This document shows, in pieces, positions 15,528 to 22,856 of a stretch of DNA of 28,140 bases. Positions within the stretch are counted from its first letter, which is position 1. Every line of letters begins with the position of its first letter. The notes under the pieces were generated by a model. It had not been told where the DNA came from. It saw only the letters and a list, made by a program, of their open reading frames with translations, and ran no database searches. The position numbers and the translations under genes are program-made. The DNA comes from Dehalococcoidales bacterium (GTDB lineage Bacteria; Chloroflexota; Dehalococcoidia; Dehalococcoidales; UBA5760): contig JAFGFP010000096.1 of NCBI GenBank assembly GCA_016931015.1, positions 1 through 28,140 of the forward strand, given 5' to 3'.

Positions 15528-15556
15528 AAACTAGCACAACAATAAGATACCGTCAA
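15528..15556 (-). promoter_or_regulatory. Sigma70-type promoter for the riboswitch-wtpBCA transcript
   Basis: TTGACG (15556-15551), 17-nt spacer, TG-C-TAGTTT (-10 at 15533-15528); the aptamer begins about 10 nt downstream. Confidence 0.7.
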
Positions 15557-15590
15557 GGCTGCTGCTCACGAGAGAGCCTCCCCGGCGGTC

Positions 15591-15800
15591 TCAGTCCACG
15601 GCAATCATGACGTTGGAAGCCTTAATCACGGCATAGACGTCCTTCCCCTCGGCCAGCGCCAGTCGCTCGGCGGACTCCTTGGTTATCACCGAGGTAATGA
15701 CCTCCCCACCGGAAAGCACCACCGTCACCTCCGTATTCACCATGCCGGGTTTAACACTCTTCACCTTGCCTTTGAGCATGTTGCGCGCACTTATCTTCAT
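15591..15800 (-). CDS. mop: Molybdate/tungstate-binding protein (molbindin, single TOBE domain)
   Basis: MKISARNxLKGKV...ITSVITKES...YAVIKASNVMI is the molbindin signature. Confidence 0.95.
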   Translation of the reverse strand: MKISARNMLKGKVKSVKPGMVNTEVTVVLSGGEVITSVITKESAERLALAEGKDVYAVIKASNVMIAVD

Positions 15801-15857
15801 CTCAGCCCTCCTTTAACCTTATTAGGCACAAACCGAACTCAATCAAACGGCTCGCCG

Positions 15858-16436
15858 CTAGAGCCGTATCTCGCCGTGTCCCCGCTCGACGTGCTTCTGT
15901 CTCACATCATCGAGCGAGCTATAGGCCCAGATGATTTCATTCACTCCGGCGGAAAGCTCACCGTCGTACTCGTCGCCGGTAACGAGCCGCCGCTTAAACT
16001 CGATGACTGTTTCGCCCCCCTCTTCCCTACCCCCAGAGTCAACAATATCATCGCTACCCCCGAGCTCGCTGTCGGCAAGGCAGGGGCCGAGGTCGCCGCT
16101 GCTAAACATATCAAACACGCTGGCTTCGCCACCCGCGACGAAGCCGAGCACCATATCCGTCTCCCGATGGAGCGGCCCCGGTTGAAAACCCACCGCCACC
16201 CAGCCGGTAGTCTCCGCCTCGATACCGAGATAAAGATAGCTCCCATCGGAGCGCCAGTATATCTCGTAGTCCCCGTAGCTCGCCTGGTCGGCGTACTCAC
16301 CGGCCGTGATGACGCCGTCGGCTAGCCAGCCCTCGGCAACCGGCTCCTGGGGCCCCACTCCCCGGCAGGACACACCGAGGACAGCCAGCGGCACCGAAAG
16401 CGCCATAGACAAAGCGACCACATAGAATTTTGTCAT
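15858..16436 (-). CDS. DOMON-domain lipoprotein
   Basis: Signal peptide ending LGVS-C; YLYLGIEAETTGWVAVGF, TDMVLG, TVIEFKRRL.TGD, IIWAYS, KHxxRG. Confidence 0.8.
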   Translation of the reverse strand: MTKFYVVALSMALSVPLAVLGVSCRGVGPQEPVAEGWLADGVITAGEYADQASYGDYEIYWRSDGSYLYLGIEAETTGWVAVGFQPGPLHRETDMVLGFVAGGEASVFDMFSSGDLGPCLADSELGGSDDIVDSGGREEGGETVIEFKRRLVTGDEYDGELSAGVNEIIWAYSSLDDVRQKHVERGHGEIRL

Positions 16437-16498
16437 ACGGATTTACCTTCGTTGACTAAGGGGAAGGGCTTGGGATGCCCCGACAGTCCATTCTGAGC

Positions 16499-17869
16499 CT
16501 AAGACCCCTCAAGGCTATTCAGTACCAGCGGCACCAGCTCAGAGAGCGCCGGGTGGATGTGAATCCCACCGTTTATCTCGTCCCAATGCCCCCCGGACTG
16601 CATGGCGTTAACCACCTCCTGAATCAGTATCGGGGCGTAGGGGCCGATAATGTGAAACCCGAGTATCCGGCGGTCGTCCCGAGCCACGATAGCCTTGGCA
16701 AAGCCCTCGCTCTCCATCATGGCTTCACCCTTAGCGACATCAGCATACTTAGCCCGGCCCACCAGGACGTCATGCCCGGCCCGGGCCGCCTCTTCACTAA
16801 GCCCCACCGAGGCAATCTGGGGATGGGAATAGACGGCGTGGGGGACGGCGCTGTAGTCCATCTTCACCTTGTCATCGTGCAGGGCATTATTAGCGGCGAT
16901 GGCCGCCTCCCGGTTAGCGACGTGGGTAAACATCTGCTGCCCGTTAGCATCACCCACGGCGAAGATATTCTTCCTACTGGTCTCAAGATACTCGTTAACC
17001 TTAACGAAGCCCAGCTTATCCGTCTCTACTCCGCTATTCTCCAATTGGAGTAGGTCGGCGTTAGACCTGCGGCCCACAGCCACCATGAGCTCCCGAGCCG
17101 CTATCTCCCGGCGGGCATCGATCTTAATATCCCGCACCGTAACCTTAACCCCGCTGTCAGTCTTCCTCACCTCCTCGGCCTGGGTGTTCAGGAAAATATC
17201 GAGGCGCCGGCTGAGCGCCTTTTCCAAGAGGGCCGATACCTCCGCTTCCTCGGCTAAAACGAGCCGGTCGGCCATCTCCAGTATGGTCACCCGGACACCC
17301 GTGGCCGCCAGGAAATGCCCGTACTCTACGCCGATATAGCCGCCGCCGATAATGATAACGCTCTCCGGCCTCTCCTTAAGCCCGAGCACGGTCTCGTTCG
17401 TCAGGTAGCCGCTATCCTCCAGGCCCCTTATCGGCGGGATAAAAGGGCGGGAGCCACAGGCGATAAAGACCTTCTCCCCCCTTATCTCCTCCCCGTTCAC
17501 GCTGACCGTGTAGTCACCGCTGAAGCGGCCCTCACCTTTATAGAAGTCCAGATTATCCAGCTGCGAGATAGCCTGCTCCATGTGGCGCTGGTTTCCGCGC
17601 ACGCTCTTTCTCATGCGCCCCATTATAGCCGGGAAGTCGATGCTAGTAATTTTAGCCGCTATCCCCAGCTTAGCGGCCTCCTGTATCTCGACGATTCTAT
17701 CGGCGGGGAAGATAAGCATCTTGGAGGGGATACAGCCCAGGTTGGGGCAGGTGCCGCCGAGGGGTCCCTTGTCCACCAGGGCCACCTTAAGGCCGTGGGC
17801 CAGGAATTCGTCCACGATGAGCATCCCGCTCCCGGAGCCGATTACGATGGCATCATAGTTCTTTAACAT
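16499..17869 (-). CDS. Class I pyridine nucleotide-disulfide oxidoreductase (dihydrolipoamide dehydrogenase/mycothione reductase-like)
   Basis: FAD motif IVIGSGSG, redox disulfide GGTCPNLGCIPSK, NAD motif IIGGGYIGVE followed by LE, C-terminal HIHPALSE. Confidence 0.9.
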   Translation of the reverse strand: MLKNYDAIVIGSGSGMLIVDEFLAHGLKVALVDKGPLGGTCPNLGCIPSKMLIFPADRIVEIQEAAKLGIAAKITSIDFPAIMGRMRKSVRGNQRHMEQAISQLDNLDFYKGEGRFSGDYTVSVNGEEIRGEKVFIACGSRPFIPPIRGLEDSGYLTNETVLGLKERPESVIIIGGGYIGVEYGHFLAATGVRVTILEMADRLVLAEEAEVSALLEKALSRRLDIFLNTQAEEVRKTDSGVKVTVRDIKIDARREIAARELMVAVGRRSNADLLQLENSGVETDKLGFVKVNEYLETSRKNIFAVGDANGQQMFTHVANREAAIAANNALHDDKVKMDYSAVPHAVYSHPQIASVGLSEEAARAGHDVLVGRAKYADVAKGEAMMESEGFAKAIVARDDRRILGFHIIGPYAPILIQEVVNAMQSGGHWDEINGGIHIHPALSELVPLVLNSLEGS

Positions 17870-17890
17870 CTTACCTCTCGGGAAGGTATT

Positions 17891-18334
17891 TCAAGCCGAC
17901 TTCTTTAGCTCCTCCAGGGTAACCCCCAACCTGACCTTGGCCGGCGTCACCTCAAGTACGTCATCGGTAGAGATGATAAGGTCGTCCTTAGACCCGGCCA
18001 GGTTAACCTTAAAGCCGCTGCTCTCACCGGTCCAAGCATCGCTGACGATATAATCCACCTTACCCAATAGCTTACCGTTCTTATCGACCACCTCGGCCCC
18101 GTACTCCACCCCCATCTGAGGATGGGGCTCGTCAATGGCAATCTTAAGCTTTACTTCCCGGGGAGTAGCCTTCAGGACATCGTCGGGGGAGATAAGCAGG
18201 TCGGCCTCCCCCTTACCAGTGTTAACCTTAAACTTGGTTATCTCGCCGCTCCATTTGTCGAGCAGCACCTTGTCCACCATCCCCACCGCCTTACCGTTCT
18301 TATCCACAACCTTAGCTCCGTACTCTATTTCCAT
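17891..18334 (-). CDS. Tandem (2x) PRC-barrel domain protein
   Basis: Internal duplication of YGAxVVDKNGKxxGxVDxxxxDxWxGE...FKVN...DLxISxDDVLxxTPxxVxL. Confidence 0.8.
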   Translation of the reverse strand: MEIEYGAKVVDKNGKAVGMVDKVLLDKWSGEITKFKVNTGKGEADLLISPDDVLKATPREVKLKIAIDEPHPQMGVEYGAEVVDKNGKLLGKVDYIVSDAWTGESSGFKVNLAGSKDDLIISTDDVLEVTPAKVRLGVTLEELKKSA

Positions 18335-18377
18335 CTTAACCTCCTCTAGCTCAAGTTATCACCGCTACGGCAAATCT

Positions 18378-19238
18378 TCAGCCGCTGTTGCTCTGGGAAA
18401 AGTCAACCTCGTTACAGATAAGCTCAATCTGCTGTTTGTGCTCCAGCTCCTTCGCCGCCATTCCCTCGAGCAGCTCGCGCACCCGGCCCGGCGGGTGGCT
18501 TTCCGCCAGCCCGAGATAAAATTCGTGGGAAGCCTGCTCACGGGCGGCCGCCAAAAGGAAGATTTCCTTAAACTCCATGTCGGGGTATATCTTAGGCTGC
18601 TCCAGATGCTGGCTAATCTTATGGTCTATCACCTGAGTCGGGCTCAGCGCCCCCTCTTTAATCTCGCCCCGCCGGTACCGCTCCAGCAGCTGCCGGTGCG
18701 CCTGCTCCTGCTCGGCCAGTTCCCCGAAGGCTTCCTGAGCCGTCTTCTGAGGCAGCCTCCGGCCCAAATCACGGTAGAGGAGCCAAGCGGCAATCTCTTT
18801 CTGCACCGCTCTATAGAGCACCTTCTCCAGAGTCATCTCCGCCCGCTCCGCCATAAGGCGCTCGTGCTCCTCACGGATGCACTTATCCATGACCACCAGC
18901 AGACCGGCGTCCCTGGCTTTAGCAGCCGCCGCTTCGTTAACCACCGTCTTCTGCAGCCAGACCGCCTTGGCCCCGATTTTAATGGCCTCCTCGACGACGG
19001 GCATGACCTCTTCCGGACGCCGGAAGATATCGACCACCTCAACCGCATCCTCTATCGAGCTGAGGTCGGGGTAGCTAGGCCGGCCCAGTATCTCCCGGGC
19101 GTTGGGGTTAACCGGGTACACCTGGTAGCCCTGCTCCAGAAGATAGCTAACCACCTGGTAGCTATCCCGCTCCGGCTTAGTCGAAGCGCCGACCACGGCG
19201 ATGTTACGGTACTCATCCAGTATCCTGGCTTCCACCAT
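18378..19238 (-). CDS. CoA-binding (YccU-like) domain fused to a rubrerythrin/ferritin-like di-iron domain
   Basis: N-half: IAVVGASTKPERDS, YPVNP, VVDIFRR, AKAVWLQ, DKCI. C-half: AVQKE, EQEQAH, AAREQASHEFY, KELEHK. Confidence 0.85.
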   Translation of the reverse strand: MVEARILDEYRNIAVVGASTKPERDSYQVVSYLLEQGYQVYPVNPNAREILGRPSYPDLSSIEDAVEVVDIFRRPEEVMPVVEEAIKIGAKAVWLQKTVVNEAAAAKARDAGLLVVMDKCIREEHERLMAERAEMTLEKVLYRAVQKEIAAWLLYRDLGRRLPQKTAQEAFGELAEQEQAHRQLLERYRRGEIKEGALSPTQVIDHKISQHLEQPKIYPDMEFKEIFLLAAAREQASHEFYLGLAESHPPGRVRELLEGMAAKELEHKQQIELICNEVDFSQSNSG

Positions 19239-19258
19239 GAAAACCTCCGTTCCTTTCC

Positions 19259-19741
19259 TTAAGCGGCTAACGTCTTTTTGAGCTCGTTAAGCTGCCTCAG
19301 GTGCAGCTTCTCCTCAGCGATTATCTTGCCGATGGTAGCCCGCCCCGTCTTGGGCAGCATCTCTCTCAATTCGTAATAAAACAGTATCGAGTCCTTCTCG
19401 GCCCCGATACCCAGCTCCACCGCCGCGGCATCGTCCTCCGACTTCGTCGCCAGCTCGCTGGTCACGGCGTCGTCGGTAAAGACGGCGCTATCGACCAGCG
19501 CCTGGAGATAAGCGGCATACTCCCCGGCATAGGCCTCCGGTACCTCGAACTTGTCCCCCTTATCGAGCATTCCCTGGAAAATCTGGATGTGCTCCCGCTC
19601 CATACCGACCAGGTAGTGAAAGATTTCACGCGCCTTGGGGTTCTGGGTGGAGCGGGCCAGGACATCGTAGAAGGCGATTCCCCGCCGCTCGATACCGATG
19701 GCGATATTGATAAGTTCATTACCGTAGAATGAAATGGACAC
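19259..19741 (-). CDS. Rubrerythrin/ferritin-family di-iron protein without a rubredoxin domain
   Basis: AIGIERRGIAFY, MEREH, GIGAEKDSILFY, AEEKLH (E...ExxH duplicated). Confidence 0.9.
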   Translation of the reverse strand: MSISFYGNELINIAIGIERRGIAFYDVLARSTQNPKAREIFHYLVGMEREHIQIFQGMLDKGDKFEVPEAYAGEYAAYLQALVDSAVFTDDAVTSELATKSEDDAAAVELGIGAEKDSILFYYELREMLPKTGRATIGKIIAEEKLHLRQLNELKKTLAA

Positions 19742-19800
19742 TGGAACACCTCCTCCCGCACAGATTTTTAGCGCCGTCGTCTTGAAGATAAAACAGCCGC

Positions 19801-20259
19801 CTAGTTCTCAGCGGCGGCCATCATGTCGTCGTAGAGCGTCTCAAGCTTCAGCTTGTGCGCCAGCTCCTCGCGCATCAACCTGGCGCACAGGTGCCGGGCA
19901 GCCTCGTCATTCATGATCGCCATCATCCGGGAATAGAAATCCACCGACTCCTGCTCCCGCTTCATGGCAAAGAGTAAAGTATCCGAAACGCTGGCCATCT
20001 CCAGACTGTCGCCGCCGCTGAGGTACTCGCTAATCATCAGGTTGGGCACCTTTTCCCGCTGGCAGCCCTGACCGGCCACCCCCTTCTCTTTAAGGGCCTC
20101 CAGCCAGCGGGCGTGTTTCAGCTCCTCCTGAGCCAGCTCGTCCATGAGCCGCCGGGCCCCGGGGTCGTCGGTCTTCTCCCGCCCGGCTATGTAGAAAGCC
20201 TGGGAAGCGATTTCTTTATATATTGCGGTATCGAGTAGCTCAGTAACCTCATCCTGCAT
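19801..20259 (-). CDS. Rubrerythrin/ferritin-family di-iron protein, 152 aa
   Basis: Start re-called at ATG 20259 (MQDEV, GAGGGG RBS) rather than 20454, which overlaps the next gene. AIYKEIASQAFY, EELKH, AMKREQES, EELAH. Confidence 0.88.
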   Translation of the reverse strand: MQDEVTELLDTAIYKEIASQAFYIAGREKTDDPGARRLMDELAQEELKHARWLEALKEKGVAGQGCQREKVPNLMISEYLSGGDSLEMASVSDTLLFAMKREQESVDFYSRMMAIMNDEAARHLCARLMREELAHKLKLETLYDDMMAAAEN

Positions 20260-20365
20260 TCGTAGACCCCTCTTACCAAAGAGTCTCCCGGAACGCCGGA
20301 AGCTAAGTTTCGTCTCCACCCGGCAGACCGTCTCCTGACACGGTCTCTCTTTTTCCCACCCTACG

Positions 20366-20863
20366 TCACTTACCCTTGTCCAGGGCAATCTTGACCGTCT
20401 CCAGCATGAGGTCTTCCTTATCGGCATGCCCCTCAACCAGCCGACAAAGACCATCGACCGTCTGCTTTATCTCGCTATCCCGGGATTCAAGCGCCTCCCG
20501 GCTCATTCCCGAAAACTTGGTATTAAGCGCCACCGACCGGGACCGGTCTATGGTCTTTAATATCTCCTGGTGCTCCAAAAGGAGCGCCCGCATCAGGAAC
20601 TCACCCAGGACGGAAGGTAAGACCTCCTCCTCACGAGCAAAGTGCTTCCTCATACCATCTTCGAGGTAGTCTAACGTCTCCTTGAGCCGGCTCTGCTTCT
20701 GCTCAAGGAGCTCCGGCCGACCGGCGACCCAGTCCGAGTCGGCACTTCGCAGCGAGCTTAAGGCCTCCTGGTCAGATACCGATTCGCCGACGCGCCGAAC
20801 GCTGTCCCTGATACCCTGGTGCTCAGCTATAATCTCCTCGACCTTAGCCAGATAATCCGACAT
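20366..20863 (-). CDS. Hemerythrin-like (HHE cation-binding) domain protein
   Basis: AEHQGI, KHFAREEEVLP, LLEHQEI, GHADKED: the H / HxxxE / H / HxxxE ligand pattern. Confidence 0.8.
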   Translation of the reverse strand: MSDYLAKVEEIIAEHQGIRDSVRRVGESVSDQEALSSLRSADSDWVAGRPELLEQKQSRLKETLDYLEDGMRKHFAREEEVLPSVLGEFLMRALLLEHQEILKTIDRSRSVALNTKFSGMSREALESRDSEIKQTVDGLCRLVEGHADKEDLMLETVKIALDKGK

Positions 20864-20905
20864 CTCTTTTCCTTCCCCGCGATAGCCAGGCGACCCGATA
20901 TTAAA

Positions 20906-21370
20906 CTAGTGATTGATTCTACAACCCGGCGGGGTAACCACAAGCACCGGGGTGAGAGACTGGCTGACCACCTTCTCGGCGACGCTCCCCGACCACCAGC
21001 GGGAGATGCCCGACTTACCGTGGGTGCTCATAACGATGAGGTCAACCTGCTTCTCCTCGGCGTATTCCAGTATCTCGTCGGCGGGCAGCCCGTCGGCGAT
21101 ATCCGTCTCCGCAGCGATGCCCTCCGCCTTGAGCCGCTCCGCCATCTCGTTGAGGTAGTTCTTCGCCTGAATCTCGGCGCTCTCCTTGGCGTCGCGGTAG
21201 CTGCCCTCAGCCATATCACGGGGGAGATAGCCGGGCAGGCTGACCGGCTCGACCACCCGCAGTAAGACCACGGCCGGCACCTGACAGCCGGTGGCAATCG
21301 ACTTGACATGCTCCAGAACGCACTCGGCTAGTTTGGAACCATCCATGGGAACCAGTATTTTTTGATACAT
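20906..21370 (-). CDS. Universal stress protein (UspA family)
   Basis: YQKILVPMDGS, ADEILEYA, DLIVMSTHGKSG, GSVAEKVV, PVLVV. Confidence 0.95.
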   Translation of the reverse strand: MYQKILVPMDGSKLAECVLEHVKSIATGCQVPAVVLLRVVEPVSLPGYLPRDMAEGSYRDAKESAEIQAKNYLNEMAERLKAEGIAAETDIADGLPADEILEYAEEKQVDLIVMSTHGKSGISRWWSGSVAEKVVSQSLTPVLVVTPPGCRINH

Positions 21371-21583
21371 TCTAGACCTCCTTTTAGTTCACTCAAGTTA
21401 AAGCCCGATTCCCGGCCCCCGGTTGTTGCCATTCAAACCAGTGAGGCCAAGCTATTAAGCTAAGAAACCGGGAACCTACTATCCGAAGCCAAGGACGCCC
21501 CCATGATAGCCCAGGTCTTTTAACCTGTCAAGAATTCTCCGGCCATATTCTCTCCGACAGCGGGTAGTCACCAGGAAGAGATA

Positions 21584-21592
21584 TGTTATAAT
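21584..21592 (+). promoter_or_regulatory. Extended -10 (TG-T-TATAAT) ending 6 nt before the Trm112 ATG; probable leaderless promoter
   Basis: TATAAT at 21587-21592, ATG at 21599, no Shine-Dalgarno sequence between them. Confidence 0.6.
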
Positions 21593-21598
21593 CGAAGC

Positions 21599-21781
21599 AT
21601 GAAACGGGAGCTTATGGACATCTTAGCCTGCCCGCTGTGCAAGGGAAAGCTGGAGCTCAAAGTAGAGGAGGAGAACGAGACGGAAGTCTTAACCGGCTCC
21701 CTATACTGCCCTAAGTGCGACGTACGCTACCCCATCTCCCAGGCCATCCCCAACCTGCTGCCCCCGGAGCCGCACCGCTAG
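21599..21781 (+). CDS. Trm112-family methyltransferase activator
   Basis: MKRELMDILACPLCKG.L...GSLYCPKC...YPI...IPNLLP. Confidence 0.9.
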   Translation: MKRELMDILACPLCKGKLELKVEEENETEVLTGSLYCPKCDVRYPISQAIPNLLPPEPHR

Positions 21782-22149
21782 TCCGGGCGGTAGCTAATGC
21801 CGCTCTGGGGAGACTCCCACACCTCGACGCAGGCCAGAGAGACCGGGTCGCCTTCAAGCGCCGCCCGGAGCTCGTTATAGACTGCGGCGGCGATATTCTC
21901 CGAAGAGGGGTTTATGTTATCGAAGGGCACGATATCGTTGAGACAGACGTGGTCGAAGCGGGAGAGGATACCCCTGAGGTGCTTCTTCAGCTCGGCGAAA
22001 TCATAGGCCATCCCCACCTCATCAGTAGCGACTGCGCTTACCTTGACCACCACCCGGAAGCGGTGCCCGTGCAGGGCCTCGCACTTACCCCGGTAGCCCC
22101 TCAGGAAGTGAGCGGCATCGAAATGCTCCTCAACACAGACCTGATACAT
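21778..22149 (-). CDS. queD: 6-carboxy-5,6,7,8-tetrahydropterin synthase (QueD/PTPS family, CExxHGH type)
   Basis: FDAAHFL, KCEALHGH, YDF, FDHVCLND, PSSENIA, VWESP. Confidence 0.92.
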   Translation of the reverse strand: MYQVCVEEHFDAAHFLRGYRGKCEALHGHRFRVVVKVSAVATDEVGMAYDFAELKKHLRGILSRFDHVCLNDIVPFDNINPSSENIAAAVYNELRAALEGDPVSLACVEVWESPQSGISYRPD

Positions 22150-22164
22150 TATGCCATGTCTCCT

Positions 22165-22659
22165 TCAGTCCCCCTGCCACCGGCGCACGCCCTGATTCCC
22201 GTTTAGCCCAGCCAGCAGCTCGGAGACCTTCTTCCCGTTTACCGGGTGCTCCAGGTCGGGGGCAATCTCCGCTAAGGGAACCAGCACGAAGGCCCTCTTT
22301 ACGAGCCTGGGGTGAGGGATGACCAGCTCCTCCGTCTTAACGACACGGTCGTCGTAAAACAGGATATCGATGTCGATGGGGCGGGGGGCCCCGGTCTTAG
22401 TAACCCTGCCCAGCTTACACTCGATCGCCTTAGCCAGCGCCAGCAGCCCCTCCGGGGCCAGCCTGGTGTAGACCTGGCACACCTGGTTAAGGAAGCGGGG
22501 CTGGTTAACATCGCCCACGGGCTCGGTATCATAGATGCAAGAGACGGCAGCTACCTTGAGCCGCTGACCGAGAAAGGTGAGCGCCCGCTCCAGATTCTGG
22601 CGACGGTCCCCCAGATTGGAGCCGAGGCCCAGGTAGGCGACCACCGGTTCGCTGTTCAC
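22165..22659 (-). CDS. folK: 2-amino-4-hydroxy-6-hydroxymethyldihydropteridine diphosphokinase
   Basis: AYLGLGSNLGD, YDTEP, FLNQV, GAPRPIDIDIL, IPHPRL..RAFVLVPL. Confidence 0.96.
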   Translation of the reverse strand: MNSEPVVAYLGLGSNLGDRRQNLERALTFLGQRLKVAAVSCIYDTEPVGDVNQPRFLNQVCQVYTRLAPEGLLALAKAIECKLGRVTKTGAPRPIDIDILFYDDRVVKTEELVIPHPRLVKRAFVLVPLAEIAPDLEHPVNGKKVSELLAGLNGNQGVRRWQGD

Positions 22660-22771
22660 TGTGATAACCTCCCAGAAAAGACCTGAAAAGCTTGCGAATA
22701 CACCTATTAATATAACACCTCAGCCCGGATAACGGAAGGCCATTATGCCATAGCGCCCGTCACCGTCCGCC

Positions 22772-22801
22772 TTGAAAGATAACGAGGCTTTATGCTAGTA
22801 T
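22772..22801 (+). promoter_or_regulatory. Putative sigma70 promoter for the carboxyltransferase operon
   Basis: TTGAAA (22772-22777), 18-nt spacer, TG-C-TAGTAT (22796-22801). Confidence 0.45.
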
Positions 22802-22856
22802 TCTGGCAACAGGAGCCCACGACCCGGCTAAGCGCAGGTAAGGGAGAGATTTAGTA

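Noticed and set aside
18135-19262. 375-aa plus-strand ORF
   Set aside because: Antisense to the PRC-barrel and CoA-binding/ferritin genes, which carry clear family motifs.
18378-20259. Encapsulin cargo system for the ferritin-like proteins
   Set aside because: No encapsulin gene in the window and no L(T/G)(V/I)GSL-type targeting peptide at the C-termini.
19801-20454. Extended N-termini given in the ORF track (here, and also 3541, 5722 and 27080)
   Set aside because: Each extension overlaps a neighbouring gene or lacks homologous-looking sequence. Downstream starts that avoid the overlap (most with a clear RBS) were preferred.
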